From Fibrobacterales bacterium (GTDB taxonomy: Bacteria > Fibrobacterota > Fibrobacteria > Fibrobacterales > JAOPTW01), in assembly GCA_051532035.1 (NCBI GenBank), contig JAOPTW010000015.1, positions 32,001 through 96,000 of the forward strand: DNA of 64,000 nucleotides. Direction: 5' to 3'. The notes below the pieces were generated by a model, which was not told the DNA's origin, searched no databases, and saw only the letters and a program-made list of their open reading frames with translations. The position numbers were made by a program, and so were the translations under genes. Positions 49,392-57,537 of the stretch are shown here, in pieces (the stretch's first letter is position 1; the number at the start of each line of letters is the position of its first letter).

Positions 49392-50186
49392 ATGTTCAAG
49401 GTTTTTACCTGTGGCTTATTATCGATACTCATGTGCTGTACGGCACCTATTCAGCACACACCTAAAGTGAAGAAAACCCACCTCAAAGAACTACCGATTG
49501 AACAAACACTCTCCGATACCCTCACAGAAATTTCAACACAAAACAGTCGTGTAACCACAATCACCCAAGGTGAAGATCTCATTAGTTATGCGCTCGGCGT
49601 CAATTTTGCCCAGACTCTTTTAAAATCGGGAATAACCCTCAATACCTCTCTCATTGCTCAAGGATTTACTGATGTAACCCAGAACGACTCACTGTTAATC
49701 TCAACACTCGATGCTGCACACTACACCCAAAAGTTTAACCACTACCGCGACTCTATAACAGAACAACTATCTATTGACTCTACTACACAAGACTCTATTC
49801 CTCCAGACCCTATTCTCACTTTTTTCGAAAACAACCGAAACAAGGAGGGCATCGTCACCCTTGAGAGCGGCCTTCAGTATCGTATAATGCGTAAAGGCAC
49901 AGGTAACAGACCTAGGTCAGATTCAAAAGTAACCTGTCATTATAAAGGCACCACCGTTGAAGGCATAGAATTTGAGTCAACCTACTCTACTGATACACCG
50001 GTAACATTCCCTCTTGCTGGCGCTATTGATGGTTGGAAAGAGGCGCTTCTCTTTATGCGTGAAGGCGCCAAATGGCACCTCTATATTCCTCCCGACCTCG
50101 CCTATGGAGACAAAGGCGCAGGCTCGAAGATAGCCCCAAATACAATTCTCCTCTACAAACTTGAACTGCTCTCCATTGGCAATTAA
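49392..50186 (+). CDS. Second FKBP-type PPIase paralog
   Basis: SYALG, LESGLQY, HYKGT, IDGWKEAL, IPPDLAYG. Confidence 0.9.
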   Translation: MFKVFTCGLLSILMCCTAPIQHTPKVKKTHLKELPIEQTLSDTLTEISTQNSRVTTITQGEDLISYALGVNFAQTLLKSGITLNTSLIAQGFTDVTQNDSLLISTLDAAHYTQKFNHYRDSITEQLSIDSTTQDSIPPDPILTFFENNRNKEGIVTLESGLQYRIMRKGTGNRPRSDSKVTCHYKGTTVEGIEFESTYSTDTPVTFPLAGAIDGWKEALLFMREGAKWHLYIPPDLAYGDKGAGSKIAPNTILLYKLELLSIGN

Positions 50187-50200
50187 CCGTTAGGTGATAT

Positions 50201-50533
50201 ATGCGCACTATTTCAATAGCAAACATTGAAGACGGAATGATTCTTCAAGAACCGGTCATAGGTAACTCTGGCCAAATTATCCTCAGTCAAGGCGCTACAC
50301 TTACAAAAAGTCTTGCACGACGTCTGGAATCACGAGGCATACTGCAAGTTACCGTTGAGGGAAATGATGCCACGCCTCCAAAGAGTGACTCCAAAACCAC
50401 ACCCGAGCACTCAAATCGGGATTATCTTATTAAAAAATTTAGTAACCGTACTGACTCTCTTACCATGAATACCCTATATGCAGCTGTAGAACAGCACATA
50501 CTCAGAAACGAAGAGGGAGAAAATAATGAATGA
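50201..50533 (+). CDS. Hypothetical protein of the small type found next to HD-GYP/HDOD genes
   Basis: ISIANIEDGMIL..PV..NSGQIIL..G..LT resembles the N-terminal module of HD-GYP proteins; overlaps the HDOD gene. Confidence 0.65.
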   Translation: MRTISIANIEDGMILQEPVIGNSGQIILSQGATLTKSLARRLESRGILQVTVEGNDATPPKSDSKTTPEHSNRDYLIKKFSNRTDSLTMNTLYAAVEQHILRNEEGENNE

Positions 50534-51386
50534 TCGTTTTGTCCGTATAGAGTCAATGATCGGAGACCTTGATTCAATTCCTACTCTTTCAAATGTAGTG
50601 TCTCGAATAAATAGGGAAATGCAAAACCCACGCACTACTGCGGATCAAATTGGGAAAATCATAAGTAATGATCAGAGCTTAACCCTCGCTATCATGAAGC
50701 TAGTTAACAGTGCATTCTACGGGTTTTCCAAAAAAATCAACACTATCTCTCACGCCGTTGCAATACTTGGCTTTAATACTATTAAAAACTTAATAATGAC
50801 AACCTCTCTGCTAACCTCTCTTAAGTCGAGTATTCAGTCCCCCTATTTTGACCAAAATCAGTTTTGGGCTCACTCCCTTGGAGTTGGCACTTTTGCAAAA
50901 GTTATCGGTAATACTATCTCATTTGATAAGCGAGAAGAACTCTTCTTAGCTGGCGTCATTCATGACATAGGAAAAATAATTCTTATCTCAGCGTTAACCC
51001 ATGATTTTGAAAAAGCAATTATCATTGCTGAACAAAAAGAAATCATGCTCATTGAAGCTGAAGAAAAAGTCTTTGGATTTAATCATTGTGATGTAGGCTT
51101 TTGGATTGCAGAAAAGTGGCAACTCCCTAACTATCTCTCTCATGTAATACTGAATCATCATAGCCCAGAAAAGAGCCTCGATTTTCACTCCATAAGTACT
51201 ATTATCCAGATTGCCGACACCTTAACCCGAGCATTAGATATTGGGAGTGGCGGTGACCCCTACTTACAAAACATTACCGATGACAACTGGAAGAGCATAC
51301 AGCTCCCTTATGATGCGTTGCCACAACTCCTCGTAGAAGGAGAGAAAGAGTTTATTAAAGCGAAAAGTTTTATGCAACTCTTATAA
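50526..51386 (+). CDS. HDOD domain protein
   Basis: IPTL, DQSLT..IMKLVNSAFYG, AVAILG, FWAHS, AGVIHDIGK, W.LP..I.NHH. Confidence 0.92.
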   Translation: MNDRFVRIESMIGDLDSIPTLSNVVSRINREMQNPRTTADQIGKIISNDQSLTLAIMKLVNSAFYGFSKKINTISHAVAILGFNTIKNLIMTTSLLTSLKSSIQSPYFDQNQFWAHSLGVGTFAKVIGNTISFDKREELFLAGVIHDIGKIILISALTHDFEKAIIIAEQKEIMLIEAEEKVFGFNHCDVGFWIAEKWQLPNYLSHVILNHHSPEKSLDFHSISTIIQIADTLTRALDIGSGGDPYLQNITDDNWKSIQLPYDALPQLLVEGEKEFIKAKSFMQLL

Positions 51387-51391
51387 TCTCA

Positions 51392-51604
51392 TTAGCGGTT
51401 TTTTGAGTCTGCCCCATCTTCATCTTCATCAGCAGCATCAACATCCAGCTCCTCAACCATGAGTTTCTCACGTTGATCAATGTAATTTTGAACTCTTCGT
51501 GTATCCTTACGTTTATAAAAAGAAGAAGGAAGAGTAAACTCCTTCATAAACAGAAGGAGCACACCAATAATGACCAATCCAAATACTATTTCGAGAATCC
51601 CCAT
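51392..51604 (-). CDS. Small membrane protein with an acidic tail
   Basis: N-terminal TM; GGAG RBS inside the end of pyrC'; starts 3 nt after the pyrC' stop. Confidence 0.6.
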   Translation of the reverse strand: MGILEIVFGLVIIGVLLLFMKEFTLPSSFYKRKDTRRVQNYIDQREKLMVEELDVDAADEDEDGADSKNR

Positions 51605-51607
51605 GGG

Positions 51608-52864
51608 CTACCACTCCTTTAAATACGCATTAAAGTAACACGCCTCTACTGCGCCTTGTACCTTTTTACCAATAAAGGGTGAATTAGAACGGCGTACATA
51701 ATGAGAACGATTAATTTCCCACTCTTTGTTCGGGTTCCATAAAAAGAGATCTGCCGAGTCACCCACTGAGAGCTCAGCTGCTTCAAGATCAAGAACTTTT
51801 GAGGGTCCTGTTGTAAAGAGGTCTACAATATCGAGGATGCCACGCGTTAGTGAAGCGCCCAATTCAGTATTAAGTACTGCCAGTGCTGTCTCAAGACCGA
51901 CACACCCCTGCTCAGAGTCTTCAAAGTTAATATTCTTATACTCAGGCAGTACCGGCTTATGTTGAACCGAGAGCGCTGTTACCACACCTTTTGAAAGGGC
52001 TATCTTTAGTGCAGCGACATTTTCTTTTGACCTCAGTGGCGGCGTTACATGATGACATGTATTGAACTGAGGCAGTACGGAATCATCAAACGCAATGTTA
52101 GAAAGTACGACATCACACGTTACATCAACTCCCCACTGCTCGGCATATTGCGTTATTAAATCAAATGACTCACCAATACTTACATGTTTAATATGTACTT
52201 TACAGCCCGTGACCCGTGCCATCTGTAAAATAGAATAGACTGCAATAGTCTCGGCTTGAGGGAGTACACCATACATACCAAGAAGATCGGAATAGGCACC
52301 TTCACTTACCTGTGCTTTTCCTGCAAGAGATTTATCGAGAGAAAAAAGATGGAGGCGAATATCTAGTTGCATCGCGTACTCCATAACCAACCGTAAAAAA
52401 GAGTTTTCCACCAAAGGAAAGAGACCTGAACTAAACACTGTTACGCCACGACCAAGCAGTTCCGCCATCTCAACAAGTTGTTCACCATCCCCTTTTTTAG
52501 AGATAAGAGAAGAGACTTGAACATCAAGAGGGCACTCAAAGAGAAATGACTTTAAGTAGAGAGCTTTTGCCGGTGAATCAATTTGCTCTTCAGACTCTGG
52601 CTCAAGAACTACCCGTTTAAAACCGCCACGATACATCGCTTCAATACCATCAGCAAGAGAGTATACAATACCGTCACCAGGGAGATCAAAACAAGCACTG
52701 AGTTCTGTTAGGCCCGGAAATAGCATTTTACCTGTCCCATCTATCTCTTTATAACTTCCCGGCTCTAGGGGGGCAACCCATTTCCCTTCTGAAAGGTAGA
52801 CATCTTGTGGCTTACTTAATGTTTTGCCCGTATATAATTGTACATTCTTAAAACAAACTGCCAT
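51608..52864 (-). CDS. pyrC': Dihydroorotase-like protein, probably the inactive PyrC' subunit of ATCase
   Basis: Amidohydrolase fold (PPLRS, GLET, NSPF.G), but HxH is replaced (GLTELSAC) and ATDHAP is replaced (SVQHKP); directly after pyrB. Confidence 0.85.
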   Translation of the reverse strand: MAVCFKNVQLYTGKTLSKPQDVYLSEGKWVAPLEPGSYKEIDGTGKMLFPGLTELSACFDLPGDGIVYSLADGIEAMYRGGFKRVVLEPESEEQIDSPAKALYLKSFLFECPLDVQVSSLISKKGDGEQLVEMAELLGRGVTVFSSGLFPLVENSFLRLVMEYAMQLDIRLHLFSLDKSLAGKAQVSEGAYSDLLGMYGVLPQAETIAVYSILQMARVTGCKVHIKHVSIGESFDLITQYAEQWGVDVTCDVVLSNIAFDDSVLPQFNTCHHVTPPLRSKENVAALKIALSKGVVTALSVQHKPVLPEYKNINFEDSEQGCVGLETALAVLNTELGASLTRGILDIVDLFTTGPSKVLDLEAAELSVGDSADLFLWNPNKEWEINRSHYVRRSNSPFIGKKVQGAVEACYFNAYLKEW

Positions 52865-52865
52865 A

Positions 52866-53795
52866 CTATTCTTCCCCTCCGCCTGCTAGAAGATAGAGAA
52901 CTGCCATTCTGGCTGCAACACCATTTGTTACTTGATCAAGGATTACAGAGCGTTCACTATCAACAATATCTGAGTCCATCTCTAAATTCCTATTAACCGG
53001 TCCTGGGTGCATAATAAGAGTATCTGGATTCCAATCTCTGATTCGCTCAGGAGTTATACCAAACTGGGTTCTATATTCAATTTCCGACGGAAGGTACCCA
53101 CCTGCCTGACGCTCTTTTTGTAAACGTAGTGCCATCACTACATCACTTCCCTTAATTGCATATTCAAGGTCGGAAGTACATTCAGCGCCAACAAGATTCA
53201 TATTATTGGGCATCAACGTCTGTGGTGCACAAAATACTACTTCGGCACCCATGGTTTTTAATCCAAATGCATTTGATCGCGCCACACGCGAATGCTTGAT
53301 ATCACCTACAATTGCAACGCGCTTGCCTTCTAGTGACCCTATATTTTGTTCCATTGTAAGCATATCAAGAAGTGCCTGAGTTGGGTGTTCATTTGCTCCG
53401 TCACCCGCATTCACAATAATTGAATCGGTTGATTCTGCAAGAAACGAAGGAACTCCTGTCCCTGTATGGCGCACCACAATAACATTAGTTTTCATTGACT
53501 CTATGTTTCGAACGGTATCTAAAAGGGTTTCACCCTTTTTGAGGCTACTACTCGATGTTGAAAAATTAACAACATCCGCCGAAAGTCTTTTTTCTGCAAG
53601 TTCAAATGAAATTTTAGTTCGAGTACTATTTTCGAAGAAGAGATTTAAAACCGTGACGCCACGGAGTGATGGAACCTTTTTAACGGGCCTCTCCAAAACT
53701 TCTCGAAAGCTTTGTGCGGTATCTAAAATACTCCGCAAATCCTCTTTGGAGACTCCATTCAACCCAATCAAATGTTTAATCGATAACTGCGACAT
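52866..53795 (-). CDS. pyrB: Aspartate carbamoyltransferase catalytic subunit
   Basis: FFENSTRT, NAGDG..EHPTQALLD, MHPGP. Confidence 0.98.
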   Translation of the reverse strand: MSQLSIKHLIGLNGVSKEDLRSILDTAQSFREVLERPVKKVPSLRGVTVLNLFFENSTRTKISFELAEKRLSADVVNFSTSSSSLKKGETLLDTVRNIESMKTNVIVVRHTGTGVPSFLAESTDSIIVNAGDGANEHPTQALLDMLTMEQNIGSLEGKRVAIVGDIKHSRVARSNAFGLKTMGAEVVFCAPQTLMPNNMNLVGAECTSDLEYAIKGSDVVMALRLQKERQAGGYLPSEIEYRTQFGITPERIRDWNPDTLIMHPGPVNRNLEMDSDIVDSERSVILDQVTNGVAARMAVLYLLAGGGEE

Positions 53796-54373
53796 TACTC
53801 TTTTACCTCAACTAACCAAACGGCATCTTCATCATCAACAGGAGTTACTTTAACGCGTACTTCCTGGTTTTTCTCTGTAACTACCTCTTTGCCCGAAAAA
53901 TCAGGACAGATAGGGAGCTCTCGACATCCTCTATCAATCAACACTACCAATCCTATAGAAGCAGGGCGCCCAAGGTCAAAGATAGCATTCATAGCTGCGC
54001 GCACCGACCGTCCAGTATACAGTACATCATCAACGAGGATCACCCGTTTACCTGCAATAGATTGAGGCACCGTAGTAATTTTCATTTGTGGATTAGCGGC
54101 TTTAATGCGATAGTGAAAATCATCTCGATAAAAAGATGCATCGAGTGAACCCACTTCAATGGGAACTCCTGTCTGTTTTTCAATTGCTGCACCTATTCGC
54201 TCTGCAAGAGGAATCCCTCGAGTTGCATTACCCATGAGGACAACCTGCTGGTAATCGGGCATATTCGTAATTTGAACAGCACACGAATGAATAGCAGCAT
54301 CAATTGCACTACTATCCATTATTTGCTCGAGAAGTGTTACTCCATCAAAGGAGTCTCTTTTTGAATTCGGCAA
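53795..54373 (-). CDS. pyrR: PyrR bifunctional regulator / uracil phosphoribosyltransferase
   Basis: TRG, FYRDD, LVDDVLYTGRSVRAA, LIDRG.RELPI. Confidence 0.93.
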   Translation of the reverse strand: MPNSKRDSFDGVTLLEQIMDSSAIDAAIHSCAVQITNMPDYQQVVLMGNATRGIPLAERIGAAIEKQTGVPIEVGSLDASFYRDDFHYRIKAANPQMKITTVPQSIAGKRVILVDDVLYTGRSVRAAMNAIFDLGRPASIGLVVLIDRGCRELPICPDFSGKEVVTEKNQEVRVKVTPVDDEDAVWLVEVKE

Positions 54374-54536
54374 AGGAGCCTCATCTAATTGGATTTATCA
54401 TAATGTATTTAATTTGAGTCACTTTGTCCTCAATCTTATGACTAAAAACAGTTGTATCTGAGCCCAGAACTATTTGAGTTCCCGCACTTGTAACTTATTC
54501 ATATGGGAAGAGCTTTAATTTTCTTACATTTTGGCC

Positions 54537-55139
54537 ATGAATCAAAATGCACTCTATTTTATTGGTGACACCCAATGGGGTTCTCACTTAGAAACCCCTC
54601 ATTATGTGGGTAATACCCTGTTATTACGAAACCCCAGTGTCGATATTCAACTTTCGTATAACAACTCTATTCAAAATACCTTTAAGCACCTCAATGCCCA
54701 TGATGGGAAAGATATCATCGGCAAACGGAGCTCCCACATCATTCTCTCTGTGGGGTGGGTCGACATCGACTCCCTTACAAATGGCACCATTGACTGCGCC
54801 CACTTCGACTTACTTATTCAACATATTTGTTCCATCTCAGATATTCAACTTTACCTGTGCAATCAGGCAATTGAAAGTTATATCTCACCCGACAAGAAAA
54901 AGGCAGCAATAGAGATAAACTCTCTTTTTGAGCAATATACTCATAAAAACCTCCATATTATTGATTATAACAGAGCATTTAATCAATTTCACGAGTCAGA
55001 AGTACACTACAAACGAGCACCTCACTCACTCCATTTTTCGAATGGCCAACTGACACAACTCGGTTCTCACCTACTAGCAGAAGCTCTTTTGATAAAAATC
55101 GAAAATAATGCTACTTTTAATAGCACGACAAAGGATTAA
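54537..55139 (+). CDS. SGNH/GDSL-fold-like hypothetical protein with degenerate catalytic motifs
   Basis: FIGDT (GDS-like), ILSVGWVD (GxND-like), NGQLTQLGSHLLAEAL (aligned to DxxH...G...A). Confidence 0.6.
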   Translation: MNQNALYFIGDTQWGSHLETPHYVGNTLLLRNPSVDIQLSYNNSIQNTFKHLNAHDGKDIIGKRSSHIILSVGWVDIDSLTNGTIDCAHFDLLIQHICSISDIQLYLCNQAIESYISPDKKKAAIEINSLFEQYTHKNLHIIDYNRAFNQFHESEVHYKRAPHSLHFSNGQLTQLGSHLLAEALLIKIENNATFNSTTKD

Positions 55140-55142
55140 TTC

Positions 55143-55664
55143 ATGACACTTAATGAACTTAAAGAGAGCATCCGTGATATCCCTGACTTCCCAAAAAAGG
55201 GGATTGTTTTTAAAGATATCACGACACTCCTTTCCAACCCAGATGCGCTTACTACCGCCATTAAAGAGATGGCAGCTCCTTTTTTAGAGAGCAACATCGA
55301 TATCGTTGTTGGTACTGAAGCTCGCGGATTTATCTTTGCCCCAGCTATTGCACAAATTTTAGGAGCAGGCTTCGTACCTGCCCGTAAGCCAGGAAAACTT
55401 CCTGGCCCCACTCATTCTATCGAATATGCTTTAGAATATGGGACAGACACTCTTGAAATGCACACCGATTCATTTAAACCGGGTGCAAAAGTTCTTCTGG
55501 TAGATGACCTTCTTGCCACTGGCGGCACTATCGCCGCCACTCGATCACTTGTAGAAGAGACAGGTGGTATCGTTGCAGGATATTCATTTCTCATTGAATT
55601 ACAATTTTTAAATGGAAGAGACAAACTCGGAACGTTTCCGATACATTCTCTTATTTCTTACTAG
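55143..55664 (+). CDS. apt: Adenine phosphoribosyltransferase
   Basis: IPDFPKKGIVFKDIT, EARGF, RKPGKLP, YALEYG, VDDLLATGGT. Confidence 0.98.
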   Translation: MTLNELKESIRDIPDFPKKGIVFKDITTLLSNPDALTTAIKEMAAPFLESNIDIVVGTEARGFIFAPAIAQILGAGFVPARKPGKLPGPTHSIEYALEYGTDTLEMHTDSFKPGAKVLLVDDLLATGGTIAATRSLVEETGGIVAGYSFLIELQFLNGRDKLGTFPIHSLISY

Positions 55665-55673
55665 TGAGGTACT

Positions 55674-56009
55674 ATGAGTAACGATAGACACGAATCCTTT
55701 CTTCGCAAGAACAATGCATTGAGCATGGCCTACGAAATGGATAAGAAAGACAAATATCTTGAAGATGTCAAAAGTGGCAAAATCAAGAAGAAGACTACCT
55801 GTGAAAAATGTGGAAAAGAAGCCCCTGTAAAACGCTACTCTCTCCCCAGTACTGATCGACTCGAAGGTTCTGCATCCTTTTCAATCAAAACTGAGTTCCT
55901 TTGTGAATCTTGTGCACCCATCCAAGCGGTAAAGAAAGACAGAAAAGAGAATAAATCACCCAAAGAGATTAAGGCTATGCTCAGAGGCCTTAAGAAGGGT
56001 CGTCTCTAA
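55674..56009 (+). CDS. Small basic putative zinc-ribbon protein
   Basis: GAGG RBS; CEKC...CESC; Lys-rich. Confidence 0.7.
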   Translation: MSNDRHESFLRKNNALSMAYEMDKKDKYLEDVKSGKIKKKTTCEKCGKEAPVKRYSLPSTDRLEGSASFSIKTEFLCESCAPIQAVKKDRKENKSPKEIKAMLRGLKKGRL

Positions 56010-56019
56010 CCTATTCAAT

Positions 56020-56050
56020 AAAAAAAGCTGCACAGTGTGCAGCTTTTTTT
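56020..56050. terminator. Bidirectional intrinsic terminator
   Basis: aaaaaaagctgcac-agt-gtgcagcttttttt between convergent genes. Confidence 0.9.
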
Positions 56051-56088
56051 GATTTTCTATAAAACAGACCTATAATCAGTATTTTTGT

Positions 56089-56409
56089 TTATAGATGCTT
56101 ATCGATTGATGCTTTAAGACTTGCTTTTGGCGCTGCACCAACAATATTCTCTATCTCTGCACTGCCTTTAAACACTTTAATATTTGGAATTGAAGTAATA
56201 CCAAATTTTTGTGCCAATCCAGGCTCTTCATCTACGTTTACTTTTACGATTGATACTGCATCACCATAATCTGCGGCAAGCTCATCAAGTACTGGTCCGA
56301 TCATTCTACACGGCCCACACCACGTTGCCCAAAAGTCTACAACAACAGGTTTATCGGCAGCAATAGCGCCTTCGAAATCAGCTTCAGTAATATTTTTAAC
56401 TTCTGACAT
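56089..56409 (-). CDS. trxA: Thioredoxin
   Basis: DFWATWCGPC; start moved to ATG 56409 after AAGGAAG. Confidence 0.97.
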   Translation of the reverse strand: MSEVKNITEADFEGAIAADKPVVVDFWATWCGPCRMIGPVLDELAADYGDAVSIVKVNVDEEPGLAQKFGITSIPNIKVFKGSAEIENIVGAAPKASLKASIDKHL

Positions 56410-56523
56410 ACACTTCCTTCTTCTACTTAGGTATTTATTTGTTTTTTGAAAATTTACTAAAATACCCTCCAAAGAAAACTAATTTTGCTCCTTTACATTA
56501 AAATTGTATTATATACTACAATT

Positions 56524-57489
56524 ATGACACAACCTAAACTCACTACCCCCGTATCAGTTCAGAAACCACGCAATTTTACCCCTCTAGCGCCTGGAGGGCC
56601 AATTACCTCCATTGGTTCATGCTTTGCAGAGCACCTCACAACAACTCTAAAACAGCAATTTTGGCCCATTTTAAGCAATCCAACAGGAACAACATACAAC
56701 CCACTCTCAATTGCCCAATCTCTGCAATTGACCCTCAATCAGAACCCCATTGAACCCAATGCCCTCTTTTTCCATAATGAACTTTGGTCACATTTTGATT
56801 TTCATAGTGATTTTTCACACCCTAGTGCTGAGGGAAGTTGCAATGCAATGAATAGCGCTCTCCTTAATTTTCACAAACAATTATTTGACTCAAAGCTACT
56901 TATTATCAGCCTTGGCACAGCCTTTGGTCATTTTTTCAAAGGCGCCATTACCAACAATTGTCACAAACTCAACAGCACTCTCTTTGAAAGAAGAGCAATC
57001 TCTATTGATGAAGGATCTGATGCGCTTACAGCTGTCCTAACTCAGCTATTCACCCAAAGACCTGAACTACATATCGTTTTCACCGTTAGCCCTGTAAGAC
57101 ATTTACGAGACTGCCCTACCGAAAATTCTCTGAGTAAAGCAACCCTTAGACATATTTGCCACAACCTAACAGAACGATTTAACCAGCAATCAAGTTACTT
57201 CCCCTCATATGAAATCATGATGGATGAACTCCGTGACTACCGTTTTTATGATACCTCATTGACCCACCCCAACGAGACTGCAATTGCAATAATTCTAAAT
57301 CGTTTTATTGAAACCTATTTTGACTCGAAAAGTTGTGACTATTTTCATGACGTTACCGCGCTGCTCAAAAGCGTCAATCATAAGCCACGAAACCCCAAAA
57401 GCCTCTCTTTTAACCAGTTTCAGGAGTCGATGCAGCAAAAAATTGCTAACCTCAAACAACGCTACCCAGAGTTACACATATTTATTTAA
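56524..57489 (+). CDS. GSCFA domain protein
   Basis: GSCFA, ISLGTA, TVSPVRH, YFPSYEIMMDELRDYRFY; start moved to ATG 56524. Confidence 0.92.
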   Translation: MTQPKLTTPVSVQKPRNFTPLAPGGPITSIGSCFAEHLTTTLKQQFWPILSNPTGTTYNPLSIAQSLQLTLNQNPIEPNALFFHNELWSHFDFHSDFSHPSAEGSCNAMNSALLNFHKQLFDSKLLIISLGTAFGHFFKGAITNNCHKLNSTLFERRAISIDEGSDALTAVLTQLFTQRPELHIVFTVSPVRHLRDCPTENSLSKATLRHICHNLTERFNQQSSYFPSYEIMMDELRDYRFYDTSLTHPNETAIAIILNRFIETYFDSKSCDYFHDVTALLKSVNHKPRNPKSLSFNQFQESMQQKIANLKQRYPELHIFI

Positions 57490-57537
57490 GAATATTATAA
57501 GTTTAGGTATGCCTTCTATTTTGAATATATTAACACT

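Noticed and set aside
54377..54395. PyrR-binding loop / attenuator (AAUCC...GAGGCU on the minus strand)
   Set aside because: Spacing is 8 nt rather than the 3 nt of ARUCCnGnGAGGYU, the GAGG is explained as the RBS, and no terminator/antiterminator is visible.
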